Assembly (NCBI RefSeq): GCF_018350175.1
Contig: NC_058368.1
Span: 91,452,001 to 91,516,000 of the forward strand
Direction of reading: 5' to 3'
Source: Felis catus
Taxonomy: Eukaryota
DNA: 64,000 bases
Shown here: one piece after another, positions 1 through 13,500 of the stretch
Numbering within the stretch: the first letter of the stretch is position 1
Layout: every line of letters begins with the position of its first letter
Notes under the pieces: model-generated
Told to the model about the DNA's origin: nothing
What the model saw: the letters and a program-made list of their open reading frames with translations, nothing else
Databases searched by the model: none
Translations under genes and position numbers: made by a program

Positions 1-883
1 TGGTGGTTGAGGAGCTGACACTGGGAGACTTGGGCAAGTGGATCCAGAACCTCACGAACCCTGGAGGCAGGTGGAATCTCTCTGGTCCATCCTTCCCATT
101 TGGCCATCAGAAATTCCACTACATCCCAGAAGGCCATCAGTCGACAAATGATCTACAAAACCTTCATTATTGGTAGTTCAACACCTCACTGAAAGGTTGA
201 AAGGAAACTCATGTGAGTCTGCCATCTGTCACCTTTTCAGGCTAGGGATTCCAACATGGAACCAGCTGCCTTTGCCAGTTCCCAAAGCCAGGAGGATGGG
301 TCACATTCATTGACTACAGTCCCTGGGTTACAGGGGTTGCTTTGGCTGAGGGCAGTCTGACCTGGACTCCTTATAGAATATGAACTTTAAACATGAGCAG
401 GATGCCTGAGAGGCTCAAGCGTCCCAGGAAGTGATGTGTGATAAGGACTTCCAGAACCTGGCCAGGCACTCAGGGCCTGAGTCTTCCCCTGTCACCTTCA
501 AGCCCATCTCAACTTCACCCAAGAGAAGATCCATCTTGCCACAGGATCTAGATAGATCCTTCATAAACTCTGAACCAGATCTGGAGATTTTAAGATCCTC
601 TGAACATTGATCCCAACTCAATTTAGCACAGCCCCCTATACAAATGAACTCCTTCCCAAGGCCAAGGTCATAAATAAACCTTGAAATGGGAACAGACGAC
701 TTTGATCTTTCTCCATGTAGTCAGGATTGGAGCAGAGAGACAGAGAAACCAAGAGCTGGGAGGGGCTCAACTTCCAGGGGCCTTGAGGCTGAGATAGCAG
801 GGGGAGAATTGTGACCATTTATTCTTAGTACTCACAGGCCCATTGATCTTCAAGAAACAACTTCTACATAGAGAATAGCTTTT

Positions 884-2412
884 GGTTTTTGCAAGATGGC
901 GGCTTAGGAGGACACTAGGCTCACCGCACGTCCTGCTGATCACTTAGATTCCACCTACACCTGCCTAAATAACCCAGAAAACCGCCAGAGGATTAGCAGA
1001 ACGGAGTCTCCGGAGCCAAACGCAGACGAGAGGCCCACGGAAGAGGGTAGGAAGGGCGGCGAGGCGGTGCGCGCTCCACGGACTGGCGGGAGGGAGCCGG
1101 GGCGGAGAGGCGGCTCCCCGGCCAAGCAGAGCCCCCGAGTCTGGCTTGCAGAAGCGGAGGGGCCTGACGGACTGTGTTCGGACAGCAAGCGCGACTTAGC
1201 GTCTGGGAGGTCATAAGTTAACAGCTCTGCTCGGAAAGCGGGAAGGCTGGAGGACAAAGGGAGGGAGAGCTGCTGAGCCCCCGGAAGACAGAGCTCAGTT
1301 TGGTGGGGAACAAAGGCGCTCGCCAGCGCCATCTCCCCCGCCCATCCCCCAGCCAAAATCCCAAAGAGAACCAGTTCCTGCCAGGGAACTCGCTCGCTCC
1401 GCGCAAACACCCAACTCTGTGCTTCTGCGGAGCCAAACCTCTGGCAGCGGATCTGACTCCCTCCCGCTGCCACAGGGCCCCTCCTGAAGTGGATCACCTA
1501 AGGAGAAGCTATCTAAGCCTGCCCCTCCTGCCCCTGTGCACCTTGCCTACCCACCCCAGCTAATACGCCAGATCCCCAGCATCACAAGCCTGGCAGTGTG
1601 CAAGTAGCCCAGACGGGCCACACCACCCCACAGTGAATCCCGCCCCTAGGAGAGGGGAAGAGAAGGCACACACCAGTCTGACTGTGGCCCCAGCGGTGGG
1701 CTGGGGGCAGACATCAGATCTGACTGCGGCCAGCCCACCAACTCCAGTTATACACCACAGCACAGGGGAAGTGCCCTGCAGGTCCTCACCACACCAGGGA
1801 CTATCCAAAATGACCAAGCAGGAGAATTCCCCTCAGAAGAATCTCCAGGAAATAACAGCTAATGAGCTGATCAAAAAGGATTTAAATAATATAACAGAAA
1901 GTGAATTTAGGATAATAGTCAAAATTAATCGCTGGGCTTGAAAACAGTATACAGGACAGCAGAGAATCTCTTGCTACAGAGATCAAGAGACTAAGGAACA
2001 GTCACAAGGAGCTGAAAAACGCTTTAAATGAAATTATAACAAAATGGAAACCACCACAGCTCGGCTTGAAGAGGCAGAGGAGAGAATAGGTGAACTAGAG
2101 GATAAAGTTATGGAAAAAGAAGAAGCTGAGAAAAAGAGAGATAAAAAAAATCCAGGAGTATGAGGGGAAAATTAGAGAACTAAGTGATACACTAAAAAGA
2201 AATAATATACGCATAATTGGTATCCCAGAGGAGGAAGAGAGAGGGAAAGGTGCTGAAGGGGTACTTGAAGAAATAATAGCTGAGAACTTCCCTGAACTGG
2301 GGAAGGAAAAAGGCATTGAAATCCAAGAGGCACAGAGAACTCCCTTCAGACGTAACTTGAATCGATCTTCTGCACGACATATCATAGTGAAACTGGCAAA
2401 ATACAAGGATAA
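884..2412 (+). mobile_element. Young felid L1: 5'UTR plus partial frameshifted ORF1, 3'-truncated, no poly(A), 14-bp TSD
   Basis: Colinear with the L1 at ~60146-61680. TSD AGAGAATAGCTTTT at 870-883 and 2413-2426. The paralogous unit has an empty site at ~8131-8170. Confidence 0.93.
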
Positions 2413-4189
2413 AGAGAATAGCTTTTCAATCCTGCTTTCAGAATTTTCTAGTAGGGCAACCTTGACCTTTCATTTAGAGTTCTGGGCCTCATCCTCCTAC
2501 AACATTGTGCTGCAGTTGCTACAAGAGTCATTCTTAGAATATTTGTGTCACGTATACATCTGTGTACACACTGAGATCACATGGTCTTACATCCATTTCT
2601 CCACATGCCTCACAAGAGGTGTAAGTGAATTCTCCTGTTATAGATCCCAGTTAACTCTAGTCTTTCTCTTCAAAACTATCTTTACACACAACAGTTCACT
2701 TTCCTATTACTGATGAGTTTAGCCAAAACATTAGGATTCAGTCCTTGGACTAATAGGATCTTCCTGCTCAGAAACAAACTTGGTGAGAACTGAGAGGACG
2801 TCATGGTCACTAGAGGGAGCATATGAGTGGCCATGGATCAAAAAAATGAACATTCCAGGGAACCCAAACCCTCCATCTTAGGTGTCAAAACCCAGGCAGG
2901 GACTCTTCTAGGACCAGGGGGGTGGGCAATGCACCCATAGATCAGTCAGACAGGGGTGGCTGCAGGCACATCAGCTGGGTTTAAGTGCAGTCACCTTGGC
3001 TGGGAGCTCCTCCCTTGGGGGCATCTTCGTGGAGATAGACAAGGTGCCTGAACCTGGTTAGACAAGACTCTACGTGCTCACCCCAGGAGGCATTTCAAAG
3101 ACTCTTCTTCAGGGCACAGAAGGCAGCTGCTGCAGGTACACCAGGACCTGGGGTCCCTTCTCCTGGTACTGATGACTGTAAAAAGGCTGCCAGATGGATA
3201 CCCCCACCCACCTACCCATCCACCCAGATGCCTCAAGAGACATCTTCCTACCCTCAGATTTCATGAGGTATCAAGGAGTCAGGAGTGAACATGATGCTGC
3301 TCTGAACAAGGTAGGACCAAGATAACCCAGCACCAAGAGCCACCTGTCCCCACCCTTTCCTGAGACCTTAGGGAGATGCCAGCCACCACCAGGGGGCACA
3401 GGGACAGCAGAGGGCTCGAGGGTCTAGAGGGGAGGACCAGGGATCCTCTAGAAGAGGGTCAGGCTAGAACTTGCCCTGAGTGTCCCCGTGTCTGAGCCAC
3501 CTGTTGACAGGCCCACCTCACCTACATTCAGCCTCTACTCACACATTTGGGTTTTAGGGACCAGCAAATCCCTCAGTTTCTCCCTTTGCTCCAGTTTCTT
3601 TTCTCAACAGTCTTAATATAGTGCTCCTCGTGTCATCCAGGAATATACAGTGACTCCTCTCCAAAATGCCTCCAAGTCACTTCTATCACACATCAGCCAC
3701 TGTCCTGGGCTCACCCAGGCACCCACAGTTCTGACCCATGAAGAAAACCTAGTAGATTCATTCATGTCTAGTACCTTACCTGTAAGATACTAACACAGTG
3801 CCCCGTCGTGTTCAAGTATTCAGCCACGAACTTAAATATGTTCTGTGTAAATACGTTTAACTGAAATTCCTATATTTTTGCTGGAATTGTTTTATACTAG
3901 GTGAAAGTGTTTAGCTTACAGTGAGGACTTACCATAAATTTTGAGGATGAATTGGAGCATTTGCTCACATGTCATCTTGAGGACATACAGCCCTACAAAC
4001 ATTTGAAAAGTCACTTCGTCAAATGTAATGCCAATTGAGAGAGTCAGTCTCAGGAAGAATTCCAGGTCTGGCCCTTGTCCTCTTCCCTGAGCTGCTCTGA
4101 TCTTTATGAAGTTCTATTCAGTCTCTTGGAGAGAAAAAACAAGGAAAGTAAAGCAAAACCAGACAGTCTGATCTTTTTGACACTGAGCT

Positions 4190-4590
4190 ACTGCACCCAG
4201 AGGGCTCATTAGAACCAGCCGGGACCTTCAGAACTGCTACTTGGGCCCCACCTGCATCGTCACATAAGACTCCCTGAAGAAGGGACCTCATCAGCACTGG
4301 GAGACCCCCTCCAGGCAGTTCTAATTGACAGCCTCAGTGTGACTCACTAAAATCCTAGTGCCCCAGAGCACAGTGAGGTGGGGAAGCCAAGGAGGCCCCT
4401 GCTTTCAGGTGCAGCTCATGACAGGGTACATACCATTCCTCCATGGGAGGAAATCTCCACCCAGGCTGCATGTTGAAATCACCCAGCTGCTTCAAAATGT
4501 CAGTTCTTGGACCTCACCCTCAATGTACTGAAGTCCCCAAAGGGACGGACTTTTGAAAAGAGGAATCCACTGTCACCTCAGGACTGGGAA
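4190..4590. mobile_element. Two MER5-like (hAT) DNA transposon remnants inside the array unit; paralogs at ~9860-10290 and ~14290-14480
   Basis: CATTAGAACCA..GGGCCCCACC..CCAGG..TTCTAAT..CAGCC pattern resembles my recollection of the MER5A consensus and recurs in the other units. Confidence 0.5.
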
Positions 4591-7500
4591 GGAGTCTGCA
4601 GCTGAATTCAGTTGCACACACGATCTACCATCTCACTGACCAGGACTTAGTAGAATTTTCTAAGTGTTTGGTGAGGTCAAGAACAGACTACAGAGGGGTC
4701 ACCTGATGGAAGAACTTTACGTGCAAGACAACGGACACCTCAGAGGTAGGAGCCAGCTTGTGAATAGCCATGGAGGGTGATGTGCAGCTAACAGAAGGAG
4801 CACGGCTCCCAAGACAAGAGATGTTCAATGTACTCAGGATGGTGCAGAGCAGTGTGGCTGGAGCATGGGTAATTGAGGAAATTCATTCAGCCAGATCTGT
4901 CGAGTGGACAAACATGGAAGACAAATTGTGGTCCTGAATAACCAAGAGGCTTGGTCTGCACACCAGGAATGTGAGAGAAAGATTCCCATCAGAATGCTAT
5001 GGATGCTACCCTTGAGACAGACCTTCCTGGATTTTTTTATTTCTAGTGTGGAAACAGATCTAGTTTATGCCCCTTATGTGTGATGGTGGATATCAGATTT
5101 CTGCTTAAGTTGAAGCTGTGAGTGAGGGATGAAGGGAGTTCAGGAATTGTTCCCTATGAGTAGATGCTATGCCCCCCCCCAACATGTGATCTACATGAAT
5201 GTCCTAAGGTCCCTGGATGGGATCCTTGCCCTCTCAGCTGTCCATGGGATCTCCACACCCATTTCCTGTCTCCACCCCAGTGGACCCCACCCCAGAAGCA
5301 GTGAGCCACTTTTTATGACTGAGGTTTAAGACAGTTTGAACACTGAAGCCTACTGCACCTGACACAAGGGATGCCATGCCTGCTGCTGTGTAATGGAATA
5401 AGACCTCTAGTTCTGTCTTGTCCCTGAGGCTCAGGTAGGACACAGACAGAGACCAAGGGCAGGAAGAAAACTCGGCTTCCTGGGCCTTGGGACCCATCAT
5501 TCTTCTCCCTCTCCTCCATTGCTCTTCCTGCATGGAGACTCCTTCCGCATCATAGGGACTTTCAGATCATAGAGGAGTTAGAATCCTGCCTTTAGCCTTT
5601 CCTGAGGGATCAGATGGCTGTTCTTTCAGGTTCCTGGGCCTCATTCCTTCCATTTAATGTACAGCTGCTACTTCTCACTTCTTGCATTACAAGTACCTAG
5701 CATAGTTTTCTAGGTATTCATATTAATATATTAATATATATTAATAATTCATATTTTATAACATAAAAATAATATATGTTTTTAGACCTGTTTCTCCACA
5801 TTTTCTGGGACAACTTCAAATGAACACATCCCCTTGAGTAGACTCAAGTTTGGTCTTCAACAATTGCTCAGTTTCAAACATCTACATCTATGTACACATG
5901 CACCTTCTCTTTCCTAACAATACCTGAAATAAGACCAAACAATCCAGAGGAGACTGTGTGCAAAAATCCCTTTACCACGGAGAATAGAAGCTTGGTGAGA
6001 ACTCAGTTTGCCTGATGGGGTGCCCTCTATGACCTCATCCTCTCAACCTGGGGCAGAAAAGAACATTTGCACCCAGATCTGGGGTTGGTTAACAACTTCT
6101 GATCTGGGTGTTAAATTCCAGGCTAAGGGTCACACTAGGATCTGCCGCCCTGGGAAGTACACCACAGATCACTCAATGACAGCCTTGGGAACTGGTGCTC
6201 GACCACCATGATCAGAGACTTTCCCCCACAGAGACAAGACCCTCTGTCCAGTTACTTGTATAAGGAGGACTGGTCTAACACTAAGGACAAGACATGCAGG
6301 GTTGCTAGTGAGGATGGTACTACTGATACCCATGCAGAGAGCCTTTAATGCCAGAACTATCTCAATTCCTGACTGAAGAACGATTGGCTAAGTTAGGAGT
6401 TCTACATATGCTGGTGTTTCTGCACTTCCCACTTGCATGGAAACTCTCAGCTAGGAAAAAAATTCTGAAATCAGGGGTATGCATTTGGAAAATACCCCAA
6501 TCTTTCAATCTCTAGGTAGAGGCATGGGGCTCAATGATGCTCTGCAACCTCTGGCCACATTGTCATCAGGCACACCTCCAAGGCCCTCAAATCAAGCTAG
6601 TTTAGGGGCACCTGTGATTTAAGACAGGCACTCCAAGCTTAAGTCCCTGAATTAACCACAGCTTTGTGGATAGGAATGACTCGACCAGGCGGGTGAGACA
6701 GAAGGTCTCCTTTATGGTTTTTAAAACCACCAGAGATCTCAGTTGGCCCATCCATACTTGACCAATCAAGGGTGAGCTTTCCATACCTATTAGAGAAAAT
6801 GCTGGCCAGAGCCAATGGATATACACAAACTTTGACAACGCCTTCAAAACATCTGCTTTAGTCAAATCTACAGATCTGGAATTTCAGCCTGATTTGGGAA
6901 TTGTTTCACTGAAAGATGGTTTACCATGTGACCCTGGAAATCTCTAGACCACAGCACATCTTCTCCCAGAATTCCACACACAGCCTAGCTCAGGTGCAGG
7001 TGTGGGATGATGGCATAAGAGAACAAAGGCTCCCAAACCTGGATGAACCAACTAGGACAGTGGCCTGGTTGGCCCTGACTCCATCCATAGGCAGCTCTTG
7101 GAATCCACCAGGACACAGCCCTCAGCTCAGCACACAGTCCCAGCTGAGACAGAGGCTGAAAGTCACAGCTGCTTCCAAGGACCTCTGAACTCAACCCCAC
7201 ACAAGCCTCGTGGAAAGTGAGGAGCAGCATGGACACCCCCCTCTACACCATGACTAGCGGTTTGAGGAGCTGACACTGGGAGACTTGGGCAAGTGGATCC
7301 AGAACCTCATGAACCCTGGAGGCAGGTGGAATCTCTCTGGTCCATCCTTCCCATTTGGCCATCAGAAGTCCCACTGCATCCCAGAGCTCTGTCACACCCA
7401 GAAGGTCATCAGTAGACAGATGAACTACTGACAGAAGGCTTTGTAGATCAACACTTCATTGCAAGGTTGAAAAAAAACAAGGTCATGCAAGTTTGCCACC

Positions 7501-10500
7501 TGTCACCTATTCCAGCTGGGGATTCCAATTTGCAACCTTTGTCAAGTCCCAAAGCCAGTGGAATGGGTCACATTCCTGGACTATAGGCCCTGGGGTTACA
7601 GGGGCTGCTTTGGCTGAGGGAAGTTTGACCTTGACTGCTATATGCTCTGGAATATGAACTTTAAACATGACCAGGATGCTCAAGAGGCTCAGGCAGCCCA
7701 GGAAAGTGATATGTGATGAAGACCTCCAGAACCTGGCCAGGCACTCAGGGCCTGAGCCTTCCCCTTGTCACCTTCAAGCCCGTCTCAACTTACTCAAGAG
7801 AAGGTCCCATCTCTCCACAGGATCTAGATAGATCCTTTACAAACTCTGAACCAGATCTGGAAACTTCAAGATCCTCTACAACATTGATCCTAACTCCAGT
7901 GGGGAGACAAGATATTAACACAGTCCCCTGTATGCATGAATTCTTCCTTCCCCTAGGTTGAGGTCATGAATAAACTTTGGAATGGACAACTTTGATCTTT
8001 CTCCCTGTAGAAGAAAGACAAGGAAGCCAAAGAACTGGGAGTGGTCTCAGCTTCCCAGGGCCTTGAGTTTGGCCACCTTATCCTGCATTCTCATTGTTAG
8101 TGTTCACAGGCTCATTGACATTCAAGGGGCACTTTTACATCAGAGAGAACACTTTATATCCTGCCTTCAGCGTCTTCTAGGAGGACAGCCTTGTCCCTTC
8201 ATTTGGAAGTTCTTGGCATCATCCTCCTACAATATTGAGCTGAAGGTGCTGTAATAGTCTTAGAATATTTCCATGTCATGTGTACACCCATGCACATATG
8301 TCGAGATCACATGGTCTTTACATCCATTTCTCCACATGCCTCACAAGAAGTGTAAGTTAAATTTCATCCCGTTATAGATCCCAGCTTACTCTAGTCTCTC
8401 TCTTCAAAACTATCATTACACCCAACGGTTCACTTTCCTATTACTAATAAGTTTAACCCAAACAATTAGGATTCAGTCCTTGGACAAGTAACTGTCTTCC
8501 TGCTAACATGAACTTTGTGAGAACTTAGCTAACCGCATGGTCACTAGAGGGCGCTTGTGAGCAACCATAGATCCAAAAGTGAGCATTCCAGGAACTCAGA
8601 CCCTCTGTCTGGGTGTCAAACCCCAGGCAGAGGGACTCTGCTAGAACCACGGGGTGGGCAATACACCCATACATTAGTCAGGGACAAGGGTGGCCCTGTC
8701 TGGGGGCCCCACCCCCAGGGCATCTCTGTGGAGGGAGACACTGGTTAGACTGGACTCTATGTGCTCACCCTGGGAGGCTTTTCCAAGAGCCTCCTTCAGG
8801 GCACAGTAGGGGAAACAAAAGCAGTCCCAGGTGCACCAGGGCTCAATTTCCTTTTCTTGGATCACAGGATGGGGCAGTAGGGGTGTGCGAGGACTTGCAC
8901 AGATTGCAGGCTAGATACCCTATCTCCTACCTACCCATTCACCCAGAGGCCTCCACAAACAACTTGCTGCCTTAAGATTCCTGGTTGCATCCAAGGAGTC
9001 AGGAGTTATTCACCAGGTCCTGACCAAGGTAGGAACTGGATGACCCAAAAGTCAAACTCCTGGTCCCCACCCTTTCCCCTGAGACCTGTGGGAGGTGACA
9101 GCTGCCACCTGGGGGCACCCTGGACACCACAGGGATGGAGGGTCTATAGTAGGAAGGTCAGTGTGGGGCTCCTCCTCACCACAGAAATCATCCCTGTGTG
9201 TTTGAGCCCCCTGTCCCCAGTTTCAGTCAGACTCATCACACACTTGGGCTTAAATGGTCTCAAACCTCCCCGTTTTTTCCCCCCTCTGGTCCACTCTTTT
9301 CCCCCTGACAATCCAAAAATTTTATTTCTCTTTTGTCATTCAGGAACCTGTGACTATCTCTATAAATAGTTCCAAGTCCCTTCCATGGCACATCTGAAAC
9401 TATCTGCCCTTGGCTCACCCAGAATTTGCCATTTACGGACCTTCCTCTAGGAAAACCAAGTATGTTCATTCACTTCAAGTACTTTTGCCTGTACAATACT
9501 AACACAGTGCCCCTTGTATTCAAGCATTCAGCCAAGAGTTTCAACCTATCTACACAGGAAGCATTTTTAATAGAAACAATTTCTTACAGCGTTGGGTTTC
9601 CATAAGCTTTCAAGGTGAAACAGCATTTCCTCACATCATCTCTGCAGGACAAATAACCCTAAGAATATTTGACAAACCCATTATCTGATCTGCAAACCCT
9701 CCGGAGGAAATCTCTGGAAGAGTTTCTAGGTCAGGCTCCAGTCCTCTGCCTCAAGCTGCTGGGTTCTCATAAAATGCTTTCATTTCTCAAGGGGTGAGGG
9801 GGAGCAAAATTAGAAGAGCCTGACCATTTGGACCCTATTGAAGCAAATTTACCCATCCTGATGGTGCATTAGAACCACCTGAGACCTTCGGAACTGCTGA
9901 CACTTTGGACCCCACCTGGATCGTCACTGGAGAATCCCTGAAGGGAGCCCCCTCAGCACCGTGAAAGGTCAGCGAGTTCTAATTTACAGCCCAGGAATGA
10001 GTCCATTACAAAATCCCCACCTCCCTGGAGCACAGTGAGGAGGGTTGGGGGATGGGGAGAAGACTAAGGAGCCCCCCCCCACCCCGCTGTCAGCTGCAGC
10101 TCATGGCAAAATGCACGCTATTCCTCTATGGGAATAGAGCTCTACCAGGCTGCTCGTTGGAATAAACTAAAGAACTGTTTACAAATACAAAGTGGTGGGC
10201 CTCAGCCCAAAGTAATTCTGTCCAAATCACTGGCATTGGTCTTTGACAAACGCCTCCAAGTGATTCCACTTAACATTCCAGGTCCTATTAAGTTTTGAAG
10301 CATCAGTGTTGGGAAGCTATTCTAGTTTGCTTACAGACATGATCCATGATTTCACGGACCTTAAAGACCACTGGAAGGTCTAGACTTGACCAAGGAGTTA
10401 CATCACGTGTACAACATGAGTCCGTTTTCAGGACTGAGTAACAGACAGCACCTGAGAAGGTGTTTGTGCACAGAGGACTGAAAATTTGAGGGAGGAGCAG

Positions 10501-13500
10501 GAACCAGCTTGATAAATAGCACTGGGGGCGGGGGGGGGGGGAGATAATGGGAAGGGAGTACTTCACACAGAAAAGCTAAGTCCCCAAGAGAAAGTTGTAC
10601 CCCACTGTGGTCCAGAGATGAGAGAAGGTAGGTGTGCCTGTCCTACTGATCTGAAGCTTCATTCTGGGTCAACCTGGCACAGTGTCTGCCCCGAACAGTC
10701 CTAGGAAGACATTTGGCCTACATACATAGGACATTGAGAGCAGGGACCCCATTAAGGTGCTACAGCTGCTGTCCATGGGAGTGACCCTGAATGCCTGGGC
10801 CATTTGAGAATCAGTGTGAAGAAAATTCTCTATAGGGCATTTAGCTATTAGGATATCAAAATGTTCTACTATAAAGTGGCTGCTGACACTAAAGGAGAAA
10901 TTGCTCCCCATGAGGTGCTACCATGGGCCTCCCCACCTGTGATCTACATGGAGCATCCTGGAGACATAGATGGGAGCCCTGAGCCTTCCATAGCATTTCC
11001 ATGCTTGACTCCTGCCTTTCTCCCAGCAGACCCTGCACCTAGCAACCTAGAACACCTCTGACTTGGATCCACATCCAGAACTTCAACTGGGTTCTACTCC
11101 CACTTCAGAGACAGGGAATGTTATGACTCCTTTTGCCAAAACCCAATGGAATGAAAAAAAAAAAAAAAACAGATATGGAATTAACTAGAGGACCATCTAG
11201 CTTGGCCATATGGCTAGGGCTTAAATGACACCAAAAAAAGTGGAGAAAGCCAAGGAGCAGGGAGGGAGCTCAGCTTCTTAGTGATTTGGGATCAGTAACC
11301 CCCTCACTCTCCTCTCCGAACATCCTTGCTGGAGGATGATTTGCCCTCAAGGAAAGCTCACAGACGGAGGAGGCAATAGGAGAGTATCTTGCCCTCCATA
11401 TTTCTGGATGCTTGAACAGAATCCCTTTAGTGTTCTTGGGCCTCATTTACCCCTTGGGAGGCTATAGCTGATGCCTCATACTTCAGAGCTTCTTTGTGAA
11501 TAGGACCAAATGGCTTATAATGTAAACTATCTTAGGTCTCAAAGCTGTTTATCCACATTTCCTGGGCGAACTTTATGAAACTGTTCCTTTTCCTCTGTAA
11601 ATCCAAAACTTGTCCATCTTTCTCTTGAATAATTCCGATCACTTACATACCATCTTGTCTTTCACTTTCCTACCAAGAACTAAAATAAGGCCATGTTAAT
11701 TAGTACAGCAGGGCTTGGCACAATATTGCTTTCCCGTGGAGAACACAAGCTTTGTGAGAACTTGGTCAGCCCATGGGTCAGCTATCAAGCCCCATGATCT
11801 CACCCCTGGGTGGACTAGAATGTTTGCAGCTGGAGGCAAGTTTGGTTCAGAACCATTATTTGTGTGTGAAATCCCAGGCAGAGGAATACAGCTAGGACCC
11901 ATGGACGTGGACAACCCACCATATCAGTCACAGACCCGTGTGGGCACAGACACACTTGCCAGGGACTGTAGCACCACCAAGCCCCTCCCCACCCTGGAGC
12001 TATCTCCTCTATACAGTTAACCCCTGTAAGGAGGTTTCATCTGAACATCGAACACCAGGGGAGAAGGGTTGCCACTGAGGATGCTATTGCTGTGGTCCAT
12101 GGCAAAGACCCTTCACACCAGAATTCTTTTAATTCAAGAGTGAAAGGAACCCAGGTAATTCCATAGTTTTATGGAGTCTGGGGCTTGGTCCTTTTTGACT
12201 GGAGCTCGCAGGGAGGTTAAGAGAAAAAAACTATTCTGAAGTCAGGTGTGTGCATTTGTGAAGACAACTTAGTCTGCAGCTGAGGGTCTAAGGCCCAGAA
12301 TCCTTTAGAATCACTGCCCTAATTGAGGCCAGGCACACCTTCTCCCAGTTATCTGAGCAGATGCTAGGGTGCAGAGATTTGGCAGGTGTTATCAATATCC
12401 CAGTCCTTCAGTGAATCACAAGGGCTGAACGCTGGATGAGCCTGCCTCAATCACAGGGAAGACCTAAACCGCCGCCCCTCCCCTCCCCGTGGAGGACACC
12501 AGGACCCCCAGAGAATTCAGGATGCACCCAAAAATCACAGAGCCAGTGGGAATGCTGGGGCTCTGTACTTCTGTGGAAAACCAGGGCTTGGTACCTAGTG
12601 CTCACTGTGGGTGGAGGCCAGTTCCTGCCCGAGGGCCTCTAGGTCCCCTCCACCTTGTCAATGACCCCCTTAGCCCTCCACTCTCCCCTTCTTCCCCCCT
12701 CCCCCTTCCATCTACTGCTCCGCTTATGGTTTGGGTAAGAGTCAAATTCTCTGCACACCTCCCTTCTCTCTGCTCTTGACTTGTGTTTCTTAAAACCTTG
12801 ATGTCATCCGTAATTGTTACCAATGCCCTTCCTTGACCCCGTTAGCTTCAGATGCAGCCCTTCTCATTCCAGCCCAGAACTCGGCACCCAGTGGATCCCA
12901 TACAAACCCTTGTTTTCCTTTTTTTTCCCCCCTCGCTCTCCAACCTCTTTGTTGACAACTGTTTCCACCCAAGCACACACACGGCTATCACTACTTATCT
13001 GTTGAAACCCCAATCACTTTTACCTGAGTCCCTCTCTATTCCTTCCAGATTCCCTAGAACTCCCAAGTTTTGGCTATGACCTTGTTTTCCTAAACTGGAT
13101 TTCATGTTGGTATTGATGAAAAAATATTTTAATTGTTGACTATCAGCTTACAAGTCCCCCTCCTTCCCTTAAAGATAGAAAAAAGCAGTTCTAGATCGTA
13201 ATGAGATGCACTTCCTTTTACGAGATTCCTGTTGACCTTTAAGGAGAAAAGTTATGGGCCAGGGTGGGAAGCTTTGCCCCCTGCTTATGGAGAGGCCCCT
13301 GTTGAAATCCCCTCTTATCTCCAATCCCACTGGTGGTCTTCGGCTTGAGAAGGCTGAATTTCCCTGAACAGTGGGAACAACTGTATTTTCTCCACAACCT
13401 TCATCTCCTCCTCCAGCTTCTCCCTTACCTGCTTCACCTTTTCTAGATGCCGTTCCAGTAAGAATTACCATAAGTTCTCTCCAACATTTTTCTCATTTGC

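Larger units (their letters stand above)
1..12400. repeat. Diverged higher-order tandem array (A-B-A-B subunits, ~5.75 kb period), non-coding
   Basis: GTGAGAACT recurs in homologous context at 2783, 5995, 8517 and 11754 (spacings 3212, 2522, 3237). GTGTNAAA..CCAGGC recurs at ~2882, 6108, 8613 and 11864. Positions 7-112 match 7262-7367. The 7255 offset minus the 1543-bp L1+TSD gives 5712. Confidence 0.85.

Noticed and set aside
2357..2713. ORF fusing L1 ORF1 to flanking array sequence
   Set aside because: Non-ATG start, upstream ORF1 is frameshifted, and I see no equivalent ORF in the paralogous unit.
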